Below are positions 47,597-56,997 of a DNA stretch of 64,000 nt, in pieces (position 1 is the stretch's first letter; each line of letters opens with the position of its first letter). This stretch comes from a virus: IMG/VR virus record IMGVR_UViG_3300035703_000025, positions 61,472 through 125,471 of that record, one strand, 5' to 3'. A program made the translations under genes and the position numbers. The notes under the pieces are model-generated. The model was not told the DNA's origin. It saw only the letters and a list, made by a program, of their open reading frames with translations, and made no database searches.

Positions 47597-47892
47597 TTTT
47601 GTTTTACAAAAGCCGTTAGCTTTACGTCTCCAGATATTTCGTCAGTCATAAAATCAACTATTTCTGTGTTAAATCTTGAGTCATCAATTGGTGTACAAGA
47701 CAAAACGCCTTCTATTTCAAACGGTCCAGAACCAGCATAGCCACTGCTAAACCACTTTGCCTCAACTGTTTGAACTGGCGTTTTACCCCCAATTGATCTA
47801 GACCAAACATTTAGCATTCTTTTGCCGGTGTCGTTGCAAATAAATGTGTAACACGAAAGCTCATCATCTATTTTTTTTATTTCAACGCTCAT
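47593..47892 (-). CDS. Hypothetical protein
   Basis: 99-aa ORF, ATGA coupling. Confidence 0.6.
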   Translation of the reverse strand: MSVEIKKIDDELSCYTFICNDTGKRMLNVWSRSIGGKTPVQTVEAKWFSSGYAGSGPFEIEGVLSCTPIDDSRFNTEIVDFMTDEISGDVKLTAFVKQK

Positions 47893-48239
47893 GGCATTTT
47901 ACCAGTCATAATATAGTCTGTTTTTTGCTGCTGTGTCATTTCTGATATTTTCTTTGCTTTATTTTTTACTTCTCGCTTTTTCTTTCTGTTTGACTCCCAG
48001 TCAAGAGCGCTCTTTGGAAGCTCACCTCTTTTAACCGCATCTTCTGTGTTTTTGTTCGCAAGATCACCTATTGTCTTCGGCTGATTGGAGTCCACAACAG
48101 CATTTATACCAGAAAAATCACGTGACAAGCAATCGTTACACCCACAAGAAGGACACTGTGTTGGTCTTTCATCTGACATCTTAAGCCAGATCTCAAAATG
48201 GTGCTGACATGTTTGGCAATCAAATGGGTATATAGGCAT
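47889..48239 (-). CDS. FmdB-family zinc ribbon protein
   Basis: MPIYPFDCQTCQHHFE…CPSCG. Confidence 0.8.
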   Translation of the reverse strand: MPIYPFDCQTCQHHFEIWLKMSDERPTQCPSCGCNDCLSRDFSGINAVVDSNQPKTIGDLANKNTEDAVKRGELPKSALDWESNRKKKREVKNKAKKISEMTQQQKTDYIMTGKMP

Positions 48240-48607
48240 TACTTGCCCTTGACGTATTTCTTAAACTTGGGAATTATTTTAAAATCCCAACCAATTGTAG
48301 CTTCGTACATGTCTCCAGTCCTTGTTAATTTACCAGCTTTTACAAATTCTTCGCAAAGAACAATACTGTAAAGCTCTTCTACAATTTGGCTGTCTTTTGG
48401 TTTTAAAAAAGCAAGATTGATTGGAAAATCAACCTCGCCATTTAAGTACTTGTGCACAACTACAGTTTTTCTACAAATTTCTTTTTTTACTTTGTCATCA
48501 ATTCTTTTCTCAAACACTTCGCAGGAAAGCTCTTCTGCAGTCAACACTTGTGAGTATATTGAAAGTAGTGAGCTACGATTTTCGTTTACATATTTCTCTG
48601 CGCTCAT
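48239..48607 (-). CDS. Hypothetical protein
   Basis: ORF in operon; GTGTATTT motif at 48615-48622 upstream. Confidence 0.6.
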   Translation of the reverse strand: MSAEKYVNENRSSLLSIYSQVLTAEELSCEVFEKRIDDKVKKEICRKTVVVHKYLNGEVDFPINLAFLKPKDSQIVEELYSIVLCEEFVKAGKLTRTGDMYEATIGWDFKIIPKFKKYVKGK

Positions 48608-48621
48608 CAATCATAAATACA

Positions 48622-49050
48622 CTAAACACCAGTGTGCCCAAACCCACCATCGCCTCTAGATGTAAGGGAAAGGTCTGAGGACTCTGAGAAATCAGGCTTG
48701 ATAACTTTTGCAAACACCATCTGGGCGATCCTATCACCAACTTTTACATCGAAGGCGTTGTCACTAAAATTCGCCAAGATTACACCAACGTCACCGCGAT
48801 AGTCAGAGTCAATGGTTCCAGGTGCGTTTAAAACAAAAATTCCATTCTTAAAAGCAAGGCCGCTTCTTGACCTTATTTGAGCTTCAATGTTTGGTGGCAT
48901 CTCAATAGAGATGTTTGTTTTTACAAGAGCTATTTTACCTGGTTCTATCGTAGTGGAAATAGCAGAGCACAAATCTACACCAGCAGATCCAGGGGTAGCA
49001 TATTCTGGAGTCTTTGCGTTATCAGAAAGCTTTTTAATTTTTACTATCAT
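48622..49050 (-). CDS. dut: Trimeric dUTPase
   Basis: SAGVDL, RSRSGLA, GTIDSDYRG, DRIAQ, RGDGGFGHTG. Confidence 0.97.
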   Translation of the reverse strand: MIVKIKKLSDNAKTPEYATPGSAGVDLCSAISTTIEPGKIALVKTNISIEMPPNIEAQIRSRSGLAFKNGIFVLNAPGTIDSDYRGDVGVILANFSDNAFDVKVGDRIAQMVFAKVIKPDFSESSDLSLTSRGDGGFGHTGV

Positions 49051-49294
49051 TGGTTTCGATCTTATTATAGTTCTTCATATAAATTTCTCTAAGCTTTGTT
49101 ATTTCTTCATCCGACAAACCACCTTTTATTTGCTGACACTGCTGGTGTTTTTTAGAAAACAGATCCCTTATTGATCCTAAAAAAAGACCGTAGACAAAAA
49201 AGGGAACGAGAAAGAAAACACAAAGACCAACGACGATAGGATCGTGCCACTTAGATTGTCGATAGTGCGCTTCTTTAATTTCAATTTGTTGCAT
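49034..49294 (-). CDS. Small membrane protein
   Basis: Transmembrane segment IVVGLCVFFLVPFFVYGLFL. Confidence 0.55.
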   Translation of the reverse strand: MQQIEIKEAHYRQSKWHDPIVVGLCVFFLVPFFVYGLFLGSIRDLFSKKHQQCQQIKGGLSDEEITKLREIYMKNYNKIETNDSKN

Positions 49295-50039
49295 ATGTTC
49301 CAATTTTTAAATTACCAAGATCGTCTTCATAGAGGAAGGTGCAGTTATCCTTTTCGGTCCAGCATCCGCAATTTGCGTATAGCAGACCGTTGACCTCAGT
49401 AATCTTCGGGTTGTGAAGATGGCCGCACACTACTCCATCGTAGCCTTTTTCTTTTGCGTATCTGCATATCACATCTTCAAAGCTTTCAATAAACTGAGCA
49501 GCTCTCTTGACCTTAATTTTTACGTACTTAGATAAAGACCAGTAACGCATACCAAGTATTCTGCGGCACCAATTAAAGACATCATTTAAGTCAAGCATTA
49601 TCTCGTATCCAACATCTCCTAGTTTGTACAGATAAGAACTAATCGGGTACTTGGTCAATAGGTCAAATTGATGACCATGAAGGACTAAAAACTTCTTACC
49701 GTTCTTTGTTGTGTAATCCATTCTTTCGTAAAGAGAAATGTTGCCGAATATTTCATGGCCTATAAACTTTGCCATAAACTCATCATGATTTCCGTAGATG
49801 TAATGAATCCTAGCTCCCTTACGGGAAAGCTTCAAAAGTCTTTCCACGACTTCGACTTGTCCAATCTGCTTCTCATGGCGCATTGAGAAAGCGTCTTTAA
49901 ATCTCCAAATATCAATGATGTCACCAACCAAATAGATGTTATCAAAGGTATTAGATTTTAAAAATTCAGTCAATGGCTTATGTTTTGCCTTTTTTGAAGC
50001 AAGGTGGAAGTCTGAAAGAAAGACAGTTTTGTAATGCAT
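49281..50039 (-). CDS. Metallophosphoesterase, LpxH-like (UDP-2,3-diacylglucosamine hydrolase family)
   Basis: SDFHL, GDIID, GNHD, HGHQFD, CGHLH, NCGCW. Confidence 0.85.
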   Translation of the reverse strand: MHYKTVFLSDFHLASKKAKHKPLTEFLKSNTFDNIYLVGDIIDIWRFKDAFSMRHEKQIGQVEVVERLLKLSRKGARIHYIYGNHDEFMAKFIGHEIFGNISLYERMDYTTKNGKKFLVLHGHQFDLLTKYPISSYLYKLGDVGYEIMLDLNDVFNWCRRILGMRYWSLSKYVKIKVKRAAQFIESFEDVICRYAKEKGYDGVVCGHLHNPKITEVNGLLYANCGCWTEKDNCTFLYEDDLGNLKIGTYATN

Positions 50040-51955
50040 TAAGTTATATCTACAAGCTCACATTTATCGCCGCTGCACGCAAAAGTCTGCGTTCCTACAG
50101 TTGAATCAGTCTTTTCGTAATCCTTTAGCAATGACCAATCAAAATTGCTTGGCATTGACTTACTTAGCTTTTCGTATTCTTCTTTTGTGCAGTCTTGATA
50201 TGGCGCCTGTCTGTAAGAGTGATCAGAGTGTGGCAGGAAGGAAATGCCGCTGATTTCATCGAAGTGTGCATATACCCAAGCGCCGACATCCATCCACTCG
50301 TTTTCCCTAACAGTCACAGTAATTGACGGTTTGTGCTCACACCAATATCTTTGATACATTAGCCAAACCTCAAGATGCTTGATTGCTGAAAGCGAGTTTC
50401 TAGTCAAAGATCCTTCGGCCCTCACTGGGAACGAGAAAACCATTGTTGAATCTGGCTTCATGACACAAGGCTCGTGTGGAAAGCCATGATCAATCATTAG
50501 CTTACAAAGTGGATCTTTTCTGTCAGCGCGAACTGTTCTGATGTAGTAGTTGTTGTGTCTTGGGTGAATTCCAGAAGCGGCATCAACTAGCTGCGAAACA
50601 GTGCCGCTTGGTTTTACACAAGTGATTGCTGCTGCTGGCTTTATGCCAATGCTGTTTGCGTATTTTTTATTTGTGTCTATAGCTACTTTCTTAAGTCTAG
50701 TTAACATCATTTCTGTTTCTTTGCAGGCAGTTGCTGTAGAAGGATTGTCCATTATGCCAGTCAAAGAAACGCCCAACAGAGCCTCTTCTTCACAATTGTT
50801 TTTCCATTCAGATGAAAGATACGGAAAGTGAGTCAAAGACGCCTGGAAAGTTCCAAGAATCGTTGCAAGTCTAACCTTTCTCTCAAGAGACTCTTCTGTG
50901 TCGTTGTTCCGAACAACAACCTCAGTTAGATTACAGAACTCGCGGTCTCGCAGAATAATTTCAGAACATGGGTTTGTTCCAAACTCATATGAAGCATCTC
51001 TTCTTTCGCCTAGCTTTTCCACAGTTTTTTTGCACGCCTCACGATTAAAGATGCCGCGTTCGCCGCTTTTACTCTTGTAAAGCGAAACCCACTCTTCCAT
51101 GAAGATACCAATGTCTGGTCTTTCTTTATAGGCGACGGAGTTGTTTGCAAGACCGCGTTGGGGATTTTCGTTCCACCAAGCTCCTGATTTTGCATCCCGC
51201 ATTCTTTCATCAGTGAGATTGCTGAGCGATATAAGTGCAGATCTTCGCACACCTCCAACCACGACAACTTCTGCAATTTTACAGACCACATCATGGCATT
51301 CGATTGAAGTGAGTTTTCTTCCTGCAGCCTTTTTAAAAGTATCAATAGTGAATCTAAAGAGATCCTCCAATGGCCCCGGACCAGACGCACGCCCACCAAA
51401 TGTCTTGAGTCTTGCGCCAGCAGGACGAACCTTTGAGACGTCCCATTTTGGAATTTGGCCTCCAATAAGTAAGGACACCAGCTCTCTGTATGCCTTAGCC
51501 CAGCCAGCCTTGCTATCTTGAACGACAATAGTAGTTTCGCTGTTTGTAAACTCTTCAGCGATAGTTGGTAGCTTTTCGACGTATTGTCGCTCAACAGAGA
51601 ATCCAACTCCTGTGCCGCACAGGAGAACGTATAGTATTTCATCAAACGCGCGGACTCTGCTGACTGTGACATAAGAACAATTATACCCTGCAACGTTGTC
51701 TCTCTGCAAAGCTTCGCCAGCAGTCATTAGAGCGCGCATGCTTGGCATGATTTCAAGATTAAGAACTGCAGATTTTAGTTCGGATAAAAGCTGCTTGTCA
51801 AGATTAAAAGAGCAGTTTGTCTTTAGGTGGTTTGAAAAGAACTCAAAGTATCTGTTAACAGTTTCGTCCCAAGACTCACGCCGACCAATTGCGTCTTGAA
51901 ATCTTGAGTATCGTGACAAATGAATAAACTGCTGGTACTGTGTTGGTAGACTCAT
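50039..51955 (-). CDS. nrdJ: Class II (B12-dependent) ribonucleotide reductase
   Basis: PSMRA, YNC, GTGVGFS, RRSA, GTNPCSE, CVKPSGT, C-terminal AC…C; no NrdB gene nearby. Confidence 0.92.
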   Translation of the reverse strand: MSLPTQYQQFIHLSRYSRFQDAIGRRESWDETVNRYFEFFSNHLKTNCSFNLDKQLLSELKSAVLNLEIMPSMRALMTAGEALQRDNVAGYNCSYVTVSRVRAFDEILYVLLCGTGVGFSVERQYVEKLPTIAEEFTNSETTIVVQDSKAGWAKAYRELVSLLIGGQIPKWDVSKVRPAGARLKTFGGRASGPGPLEDLFRFTIDTFKKAAGRKLTSIECHDVVCKIAEVVVVGGVRRSALISLSNLTDERMRDAKSGAWWNENPQRGLANNSVAYKERPDIGIFMEEWVSLYKSKSGERGIFNREACKKTVEKLGERRDASYEFGTNPCSEIILRDREFCNLTEVVVRNNDTEESLERKVRLATILGTFQASLTHFPYLSSEWKNNCEEEALLGVSLTGIMDNPSTATACKETEMMLTRLKKVAIDTNKKYANSIGIKPAAAITCVKPSGTVSQLVDAASGIHPRHNNYYIRTVRADRKDPLCKLMIDHGFPHEPCVMKPDSTMVFSFPVRAEGSLTRNSLSAIKHLEVWLMYQRYWCEHKPSITVTVRENEWMDVGAWVYAHFDEISGISFLPHSDHSYRQAPYQDCTKEEYEKLSKSMPSNFDWSLLKDYEKTDSTVGTQTFACSGDKCELVDIT

Positions 51956-51965
51956 ATTGGTTTTT

Positions 51966-51972
51966 ATTGTAG
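51966..51972 (-). promoter_or_regulatory. CTACAAT -10-like element
   Basis: 10 nt upstream of the nrdJ ATG. Confidence 0.5.
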
Positions 51973-52006
51973 GATTAGTAGCTTCGCATACACATGGCTT
52001 TTAGAT

Positions 52007-52984
52007 TCAGTTACGGTATTCTTGTTCGATTTTTTGGGCGTAAATGTCCACACCGTACTTCTTGTAGAGATCGAAATTCTTCATGCCAATAGTTTGTCGA
52101 TCTTGCGCCGAAGTGCTAGCCATCTTTTTTGTCAATTCTAACAAAGATTCAAAGTCGTCACACAGCCATTCGTCTGTCTCAAGCATTTCTGGTATAGCGG
52201 AGTTTCTGTATGAGATGACTGGTTTTCCGCAAGAAAAAGCCTCAAGTATTGAAAAACAAAAGGCCTCGTTAGAAGATGGATAATGATAGACATCACAGGA
52301 GTTAATAATCTCCTGCTTTTGTTCATCGCTCACATTGGCAAATATATTAGTATTTTTCGCGCCTGTGTAATTTAGGTAGGCTGTAATACCATCAAAATAC
52401 TGTCGATCAAGAATCTCGCCGCCAATTATAAAATTATTGTTTGGCATGCGCGCAGAACAATAAATTGTGTCATGAATCATTTTTGATGGGCAGAAGCTTG
52501 AAACGCGGCCAAAAACAGGCACTTCTCGTTGCTGAGTTATTGACTCTGTGGAGCAAAGACCATACTTAACAATTTCAAAATTGCTAACGTTGGGGCTGAG
52601 TGAGCGCTGATACTCAGAGCTGAAAAAAATCTTGTTAAATTTCGATGTATCAAAACCGACAGTCTGCCCACATAAAACACTTGCGAAAAGCTTGCACTTT
52701 GGTAATGCGTCAATGAAAGACAGCTGTTGTGAGCCAGGCACAAATATGTGGATAACATCTGGGGAAAACCTGTTTAGATGATCCGTAAGATTTTGATCGT
52801 ACTCAAAGTTATTATTTGCAAACAGATACGTTTGCCCAAGCTTAGAGAACTTTTCCCTAAAAGGACCGTCAACACATCCAGCAAACATCATTTCGTGGTT
52901 TTTTGAAAGTGTCTGGGCTAAATTAAAAGACGCAAGAGACGATCCTCCTGCGTTAAAGAAGTTGTTTATAAAAGCTATTCGCAT
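52007..52984 (-). CDS. Glycosyltransferase family 4 (GT-B)
   Basis: Start reassigned to MRIAFIN; GG motif and EAFCFSILEAFSCGKPVI. Confidence 0.88.
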   Translation of the reverse strand: MRIAFINNFFNAGGSSLASFNLAQTLSKNHEMMFAGCVDGPFREKFSKLGQTYLFANNNFEYDQNLTDHLNRFSPDVIHIFVPGSQQLSFIDALPKCKLFASVLCGQTVGFDTSKFNKIFFSSEYQRSLSPNVSNFEIVKYGLCSTESITQQREVPVFGRVSSFCPSKMIHDTIYCSARMPNNNFIIGGEILDRQYFDGITAYLNYTGAKNTNIFANVSDEQKQEIINSCDVYHYPSSNEAFCFSILEAFSCGKPVISYRNSAIPEMLETDEWLCDDFESLLELTKKMASTSAQDRQTIGMKNFDLYKKYGVDIYAQKIEQEYRN

Positions 52985-52989
52985 AATTA

Positions 52990-53004
52990 AGTATAGGTGT
53001 ATAA
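52990..53004. promoter_or_regulatory. Abutting divergent promoters: CTATACT (-) and GTGTATAA (+)
   Basis: AGTATAG|GTGTATAAATA between divergent start codons 52984 and 53019. Confidence 0.6.
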
Positions 53005-53018
53005 ATAAAAGTACAGTT

Positions 53019-53621
53019 ATGGATACCAAAGAACCAGATTATATTTTTACAACTCGTGAGGCCGCAGAAAACATGGCTAAAAAACTAGGCTGTGGCGGAA
53101 CACAAGAGTTTTATAATATAGATGGAAAACAGGCTGGATTAAAGGCCGATACTACTTATTATTTGCCCTGTTCTTCGCGTGAAGCCCTGCACAACAATCT
53201 TTCCAAGTATAAGAAAAAGATGGCTAAGGCTGAAGATCTAAATATAGAAGATATCGATTTTCTAGAGTGCGAAGGCCCAGTTTCTTTTGATGCTTTTTTA
53301 AGATCGTACTTTACTCAAGGCGGTGACTACGTTAGCGATTCTGTTCGCAGCACGCTAAAGAAAAAAGCTGACGACTACAATAAAAAAGGAAAGCATAAGA
53401 TACGGGTCTCTACTTTAATCACTGTTTTCAGAAGAGGCATTGGTGCTTACAAAACAAATCCGCAAAGCGTAAGACCAAATGTCAGAAGCGCAGACCAGTG
53501 GGGATACGGAAGGGTTAACGGTTTTTTACACGCACTTAGAACCGGGTCTTTCAAGAGAAAACCGTTTGACACAGATCTACTACCAGGAACGCACAGGCTT
53601 TCTAGCAAGGGGAAAAAGTGA
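53019..53621 (+). CDS. Conserved phage protein (F.T…AE..A.KLGC.G domain + VFRRG.GA…QWGYGRVN domain)
   Basis: Start reassigned to ATG 53019; motifs recognised from large-phage head-associated proteins. Confidence 0.65.
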   Translation: MDTKEPDYIFTTREAAENMAKKLGCGGTQEFYNIDGKQAGLKADTTYYLPCSSREALHNNLSKYKKKMAKAEDLNIEDIDFLECEGPVSFDAFLRSYFTQGGDYVSDSVRSTLKKKADDYNKKGKHKIRVSTLITVFRRGIGAYKTNPQSVRPNVRSADQWGYGRVNGFLHALRTGSFKRKPFDTDLLPGTHRLSSKGKK

Positions 53622-54559
53622 ATAACAAATTAGAACAAAAAATAAAACGTCTTTTGGTTGCAAACAAAGCCACCGCCGCTGATTGTCGGAGGCCAGAGGG
53701 TCGATTTCAGGTTGTAGCAAATCCAACAACTAAAACCGAGGACGAGCGCGGAAATCCTATAGAAGTTGCAACAGATCCTTTGAATTACGTGTACAGAGAC
53801 GCTACGGCAAAAGATCTGTGTCCAACATGCACTTCAGCCTCATCATCACAGGTATGCCAGTGCCTAGACGCTTATTTGCAGTACGATTATTACAATTTTT
53901 ATTGCTCTAGTGGCGGTGGGTTTGGTGACGTACACGAGCCGGCACCAAGACAGCTTCCAGCTGGATGTCCGTCTTTTGCAAGCCTTGGAATGGCTGGTGT
54001 GATTAGTAATTATGCTGGATCAGTAGATAATCCGCTTGAGGCGGTCCCTAGAACATACAGAATGCTTATTGAGTATCTTACTGGTCGATACCCAGGGGAT
54101 ACGACGATCCCAGGAAACTGGGTAAACGTATTCGGGCCAACGCGATTAACAGAGCCTGACATGCAGGCTCCGACAACCCCAGCCATATGGCAGCAGTTTT
54201 GGGATGGTACTCACCCGTACTCACGCTCTATTACATCTAGCCCGTTCTTTACGCCTGGAGGGCTGCAGCTCGCAAAAATGATGTTTGATGCTAGATGCGG
54301 TATACGAGCAGAAGCGACATCTGGGGCCTGCTGTTCTGTAGCTGGAGATTTCGGGGGGTTCTCGTGTGCGGAGGTTGGAGGGCCAGGAGAATGTCAAAAC
54401 GGAACGTTTTATTCTGGAAAAACCTGCGAACAAATCGGAGGCGACAACTGCGGGAAAAGCAAAATTAGCGTAATAGCTCCGCAAAAAAGGGAAAACATAC
54501 AGCTTGGTACGGCTTCGATAACTGATATGATCATCAGAGCACTAAAAGGTAGTGTATAA
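53618..54559 (+). CDS. Cys-rich protein with C-terminal GACC domain
   Basis: 313 aa; GACCSVAGDFGGFSC…CEQIGGDNCG. Confidence 0.75.
   Translation: MNNKLEQKIKRLLVANKATAADCRRPEGRFQVVANPTTKTEDERGNPIEVATDPLNYVYRDATAKDLCPTCTSASSSQVCQCLDAYLQYDYYNFYCSSGGGFGDVHEPAPRQLPAGCPSFASLGMAGVISNYAGSVDNPLEAVPRTYRMLIEYLTGRYPGDTTIPGNWVNVFGPTRLTEPDMQAPTTPAIWQQFWDGTHPYSRSITSSPFFTPGGLQLAKMMFDARCGIRAEATSGACCSVAGDFGGFSCAEVGGPGECQNGTFYSGKTCEQIGGDNCGKSKISVIAPQKRENIQLGTASITDMIIRALKGSV
54552..54559 (+). promoter_or_regulatory. GTGTATWW late-promoter-like motif
   Basis: GTGTATAA, 17 nt before ATG 54569. Confidence 0.5.
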
Positions 54560-54568
54560 GGTATTATA

Positions 54569-55351
54569 ATGAAAAAGTCAATAGAAGAAAAAATTAGATT
54601 AACGGCACTAAAACAAACACCACCACCGCCAACGCTTTTAAAAAAGCCTGAAGGTGTAAATGAAGATCTTATGGGTGGTGGAGGCGGTGAAACGGTTGAT
54701 ATCTGTGGAGTGCGTATCCCAGCACAGATTCCGTATCCTTACACAATCACTATAGCGTACGATTGGATTATTACTAGCATGTACTGTCAGCCGAACCCAC
54801 TAGGCCTTGAATACGGGTGCACCCCAGTACATGCTGGTCCGCCACTTGGCTCTATTGTCGGGATTGGCCAGGTTACCGATAGAGATGAGCCATTAACTTG
54901 GATTAGGAGTCACCCTGAGTTTAATCCAACAGATCCCGCAACATGGGGTTCTGTGTGGGGTCCAGGTGGTCTAGCTGAAAGATTCGTAAGATACCTTAAT
55001 TGCCAAATGGGTGAGGACGGTGTGTACGGAACCGGACCGTGCCCAGGTATTACCGATGCGCAAATTAACGAAATGGTTGACCTACTCAAGCAGCTGTGGC
55101 TTCGCAAATGTGGTTTTGCTGTATCTCAAGCTGGTGCTTGCTGCTCTGTAGTTGGAGACTTCGGCGGATTTGCGTGCACAGAAGTTGCTGGAACAGCTAA
55201 TTGCCAAGGAACTTTTTACCCAGGACAAAGCTGCCAGCAGATAGGTGGCGACAATTGCGGTTTAGCACCAAATCCACTTCAGAAAAACAACCAAGCGAAA
55301 AAACAAAAAGAGGTAATGGAAGCGGTAATGTCAATTCTTAAGGTTAGATAA
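54569..55351 (+). CDS. Cys-rich protein with C-terminal GACC domain
   Basis: 260 aa; GACCSVVGDFGGFAC…CQQIGGDNCG. Confidence 0.75.
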   Translation: MKKSIEEKIRLTALKQTPPPPTLLKKPEGVNEDLMGGGGGETVDICGVRIPAQIPYPYTITIAYDWIITSMYCQPNPLGLEYGCTPVHAGPPLGSIVGIGQVTDRDEPLTWIRSHPEFNPTDPATWGSVWGPGGLAERFVRYLNCQMGEDGVYGTGPCPGITDAQINEMVDLLKQLWLRKCGFAVSQAGACCSVVGDFGGFACTEVAGTANCQGTFYPGQSCQQIGGDNCGLAPNPLQKNNQAKKQKEVMEAVMSILKVR

Positions 55352-55832
55352 AAAAACACTCTTTAATCTTTTCTACGGGCTTGAGCGCAGACTGCTCAAG
55401 TCCGTATGTTTTTCCGTAACCAAGATCTAAAAGATTGCTGTCTTTAATAAGATCTGATCCTGTGCACCAACCAGCTATTTTATATGAAGGGCACTGACCA
55501 ACAACTAAAACGTAAATCTCAGAAGGTGTCTCGTTCTTTGACTGTCTAGCTAGCAGCTTACCAGTTTTGTATTTTGTCGTTTTAACGTCTATTGTTTTGC
55601 CAAACGCAAATACATCATGCGAGCCTTTTCTCGGACTTATGGACATATCTGGGTATAAATTAAGGGCTTTGCAAAAAGCAAACTCACCACAAATTCCTTC
55701 AAGATCGGTTTCTTCGCAGGACTGTGGTCCGATTTTCCCATCTGCAACACCACCACTCCTATTTGAAGAGTGGCGCTGTTTTGCAAGCCATTGGCAGATA
55801 CGAACTTCTGATTCAGTTAGTTTTATTAGCAA
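55344..55832 (-). CDS. Putative PD-(D/E)XK nuclease-fold protein
   Basis: GEFAF…D…IDVKTT. Confidence 0.55.
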   Translation of the reverse strand: MLIKLTESEVRICQWLAKQRHSSNRSGGVADGKIGPQSCEETDLEGICGEFAFCKALNLYPDMSISPRKGSHDVFAFGKTIDVKTTKYKTGKLLARQSKNETPSEIYVLVVGQCPSYKIAGWCTGSDLIKDSNLLDLGYGKTYGLEQSALKPVEKIKECFFI

Positions 55833-56997
55833 TCGCTGGTACTTTCATTATACAAAGATTTTCGTTAGTATTTTCATTTACTACTGGGCATCTTCCTTTT
55901 ATCTTTGCAATATCGTAAAACCCAACAACTGCAGCGTGTATATTATCCCATTTAAAGTCATCAACAATTACTAGTATTTCACCATTAAAAAGCAAGCAGT
56001 TCTTCAGATCTCCTAGCACAGTTTCAAAAGAATGACCGCCGTCTATAAAAATAAGAAGCTTTTCGTCAAATGAGTTTATCTTGTTTATCACACTTGGCAG
56101 TGTTGCAGAAGAAAGCCCAGCGACTACAAAAACTTGTGAATTAAAAATTGCCCCGCAATCATTAAGTATGCTTTTTGCTTCATCGAAAGTTAACGGTGCG
56201 TCTTCTGGGGCACCTTCATAAGTTGGGGCTGTATCAAAAAGATCAAGCAAAAAATGCGCTTTTGCATAAGATCGAGGTATAACCTCAAGAGATGTGCCAA
56301 GCCTGTAACAACCGACCTCAATGTAATAATGTGGATCAAACCAGACAAGGCTAGCCAATATGTCACTAATCTTTTCGCCAACTATGTTTCTTACTTTTTT
56401 GGCGTTTTCATTTTTTTTAAATAAAACGTCTATTTGAACCGTTTCATTATTGAGCTTGTTTTCATTTACTATACATGTAGGTAAAAAACCAATGGTCATC
56501 ATTTTTTTAATAACATCTGTTGCTTTTGCAGAGCCTGCATTGTATTCAACAATAGGAAGCTCAACAAGAACCCAGTTTGCTTTTTGAATTACACATTCGC
56601 CACCTCTGATAATTGACATCTCAGCACCTTGAGTATCAATTTTGATAAAATCAAAAGCGCAATCAGCCAATAGATCGTCAAGACGAATAGTCTCTAGGCT
56701 AATTGTGTTGTAATTGCCTTCGCTGTAAAACTCAGTATTTTCTTTAAATGAAGAAGCCCCCTGGCAAGTTGGTTCGTTTTTGTTTATAAAAAACTCAACT
56801 GTCTTTTTTTCATCACCAAGTGCGCAAATCATATAATCCGCGCCGCACTCTATGAGTGCGTCTTCACAGGCTGGATTAGCTTCTATTGAGAGAATTTTTG
56901 CTTCTGGATTTAATCCCTTGAATTTTAAAAACGACTGGCCGACATTTGCCCCAATGTCAAGTATTTTCTTAGAGTCTTTTATAATCTGCTCAAGCAT
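55813..56997 (-). CDS. FkbM-family methyltransferase fused to a second (Methyltransf_24-like) MTase domain
   Basis: LDIGANVG, IKIDTQGAE; second domain IEVGCYRLGT…FIDGGHS…VDD. Confidence 0.85.
   Translation of the reverse strand: MLEQIIKDSKKILDIGANVGQSFLKFKGLNPEAKILSIEANPACEDALIECGADYMICALGDEKKTVEFFINKNEPTCQGASSFKENTEFYSEGNYNTISLETIRLDDLLADCAFDFIKIDTQGAEMSIIRGGECVIQKANWVLVELPIVEYNAGSAKATDVIKKMMTIGFLPTCIVNENKLNNETVQIDVLFKKNENAKKVRNIVGEKISDILASLVWFDPHYYIEVGCYRLGTSLEVIPRSYAKAHFLLDLFDTAPTYEGAPEDAPLTFDEAKSILNDCGAIFNSQVFVVAGLSSATLPSVINKINSFDEKLLIFIDGGHSFETVLGDLKNCLLFNGEILVIVDDFKWDNIHAAVVGFYDIAKIKGRCPVVNENTNENLCIMKVPAIANKTN

Noticed and set aside
54320-55262. Diversity-generating retroelement TR/VR pair
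   Set aside because: Both repeats are coding, differences are mostly synonymous rather than adenine-specific, and no reverse transcriptase is in the window
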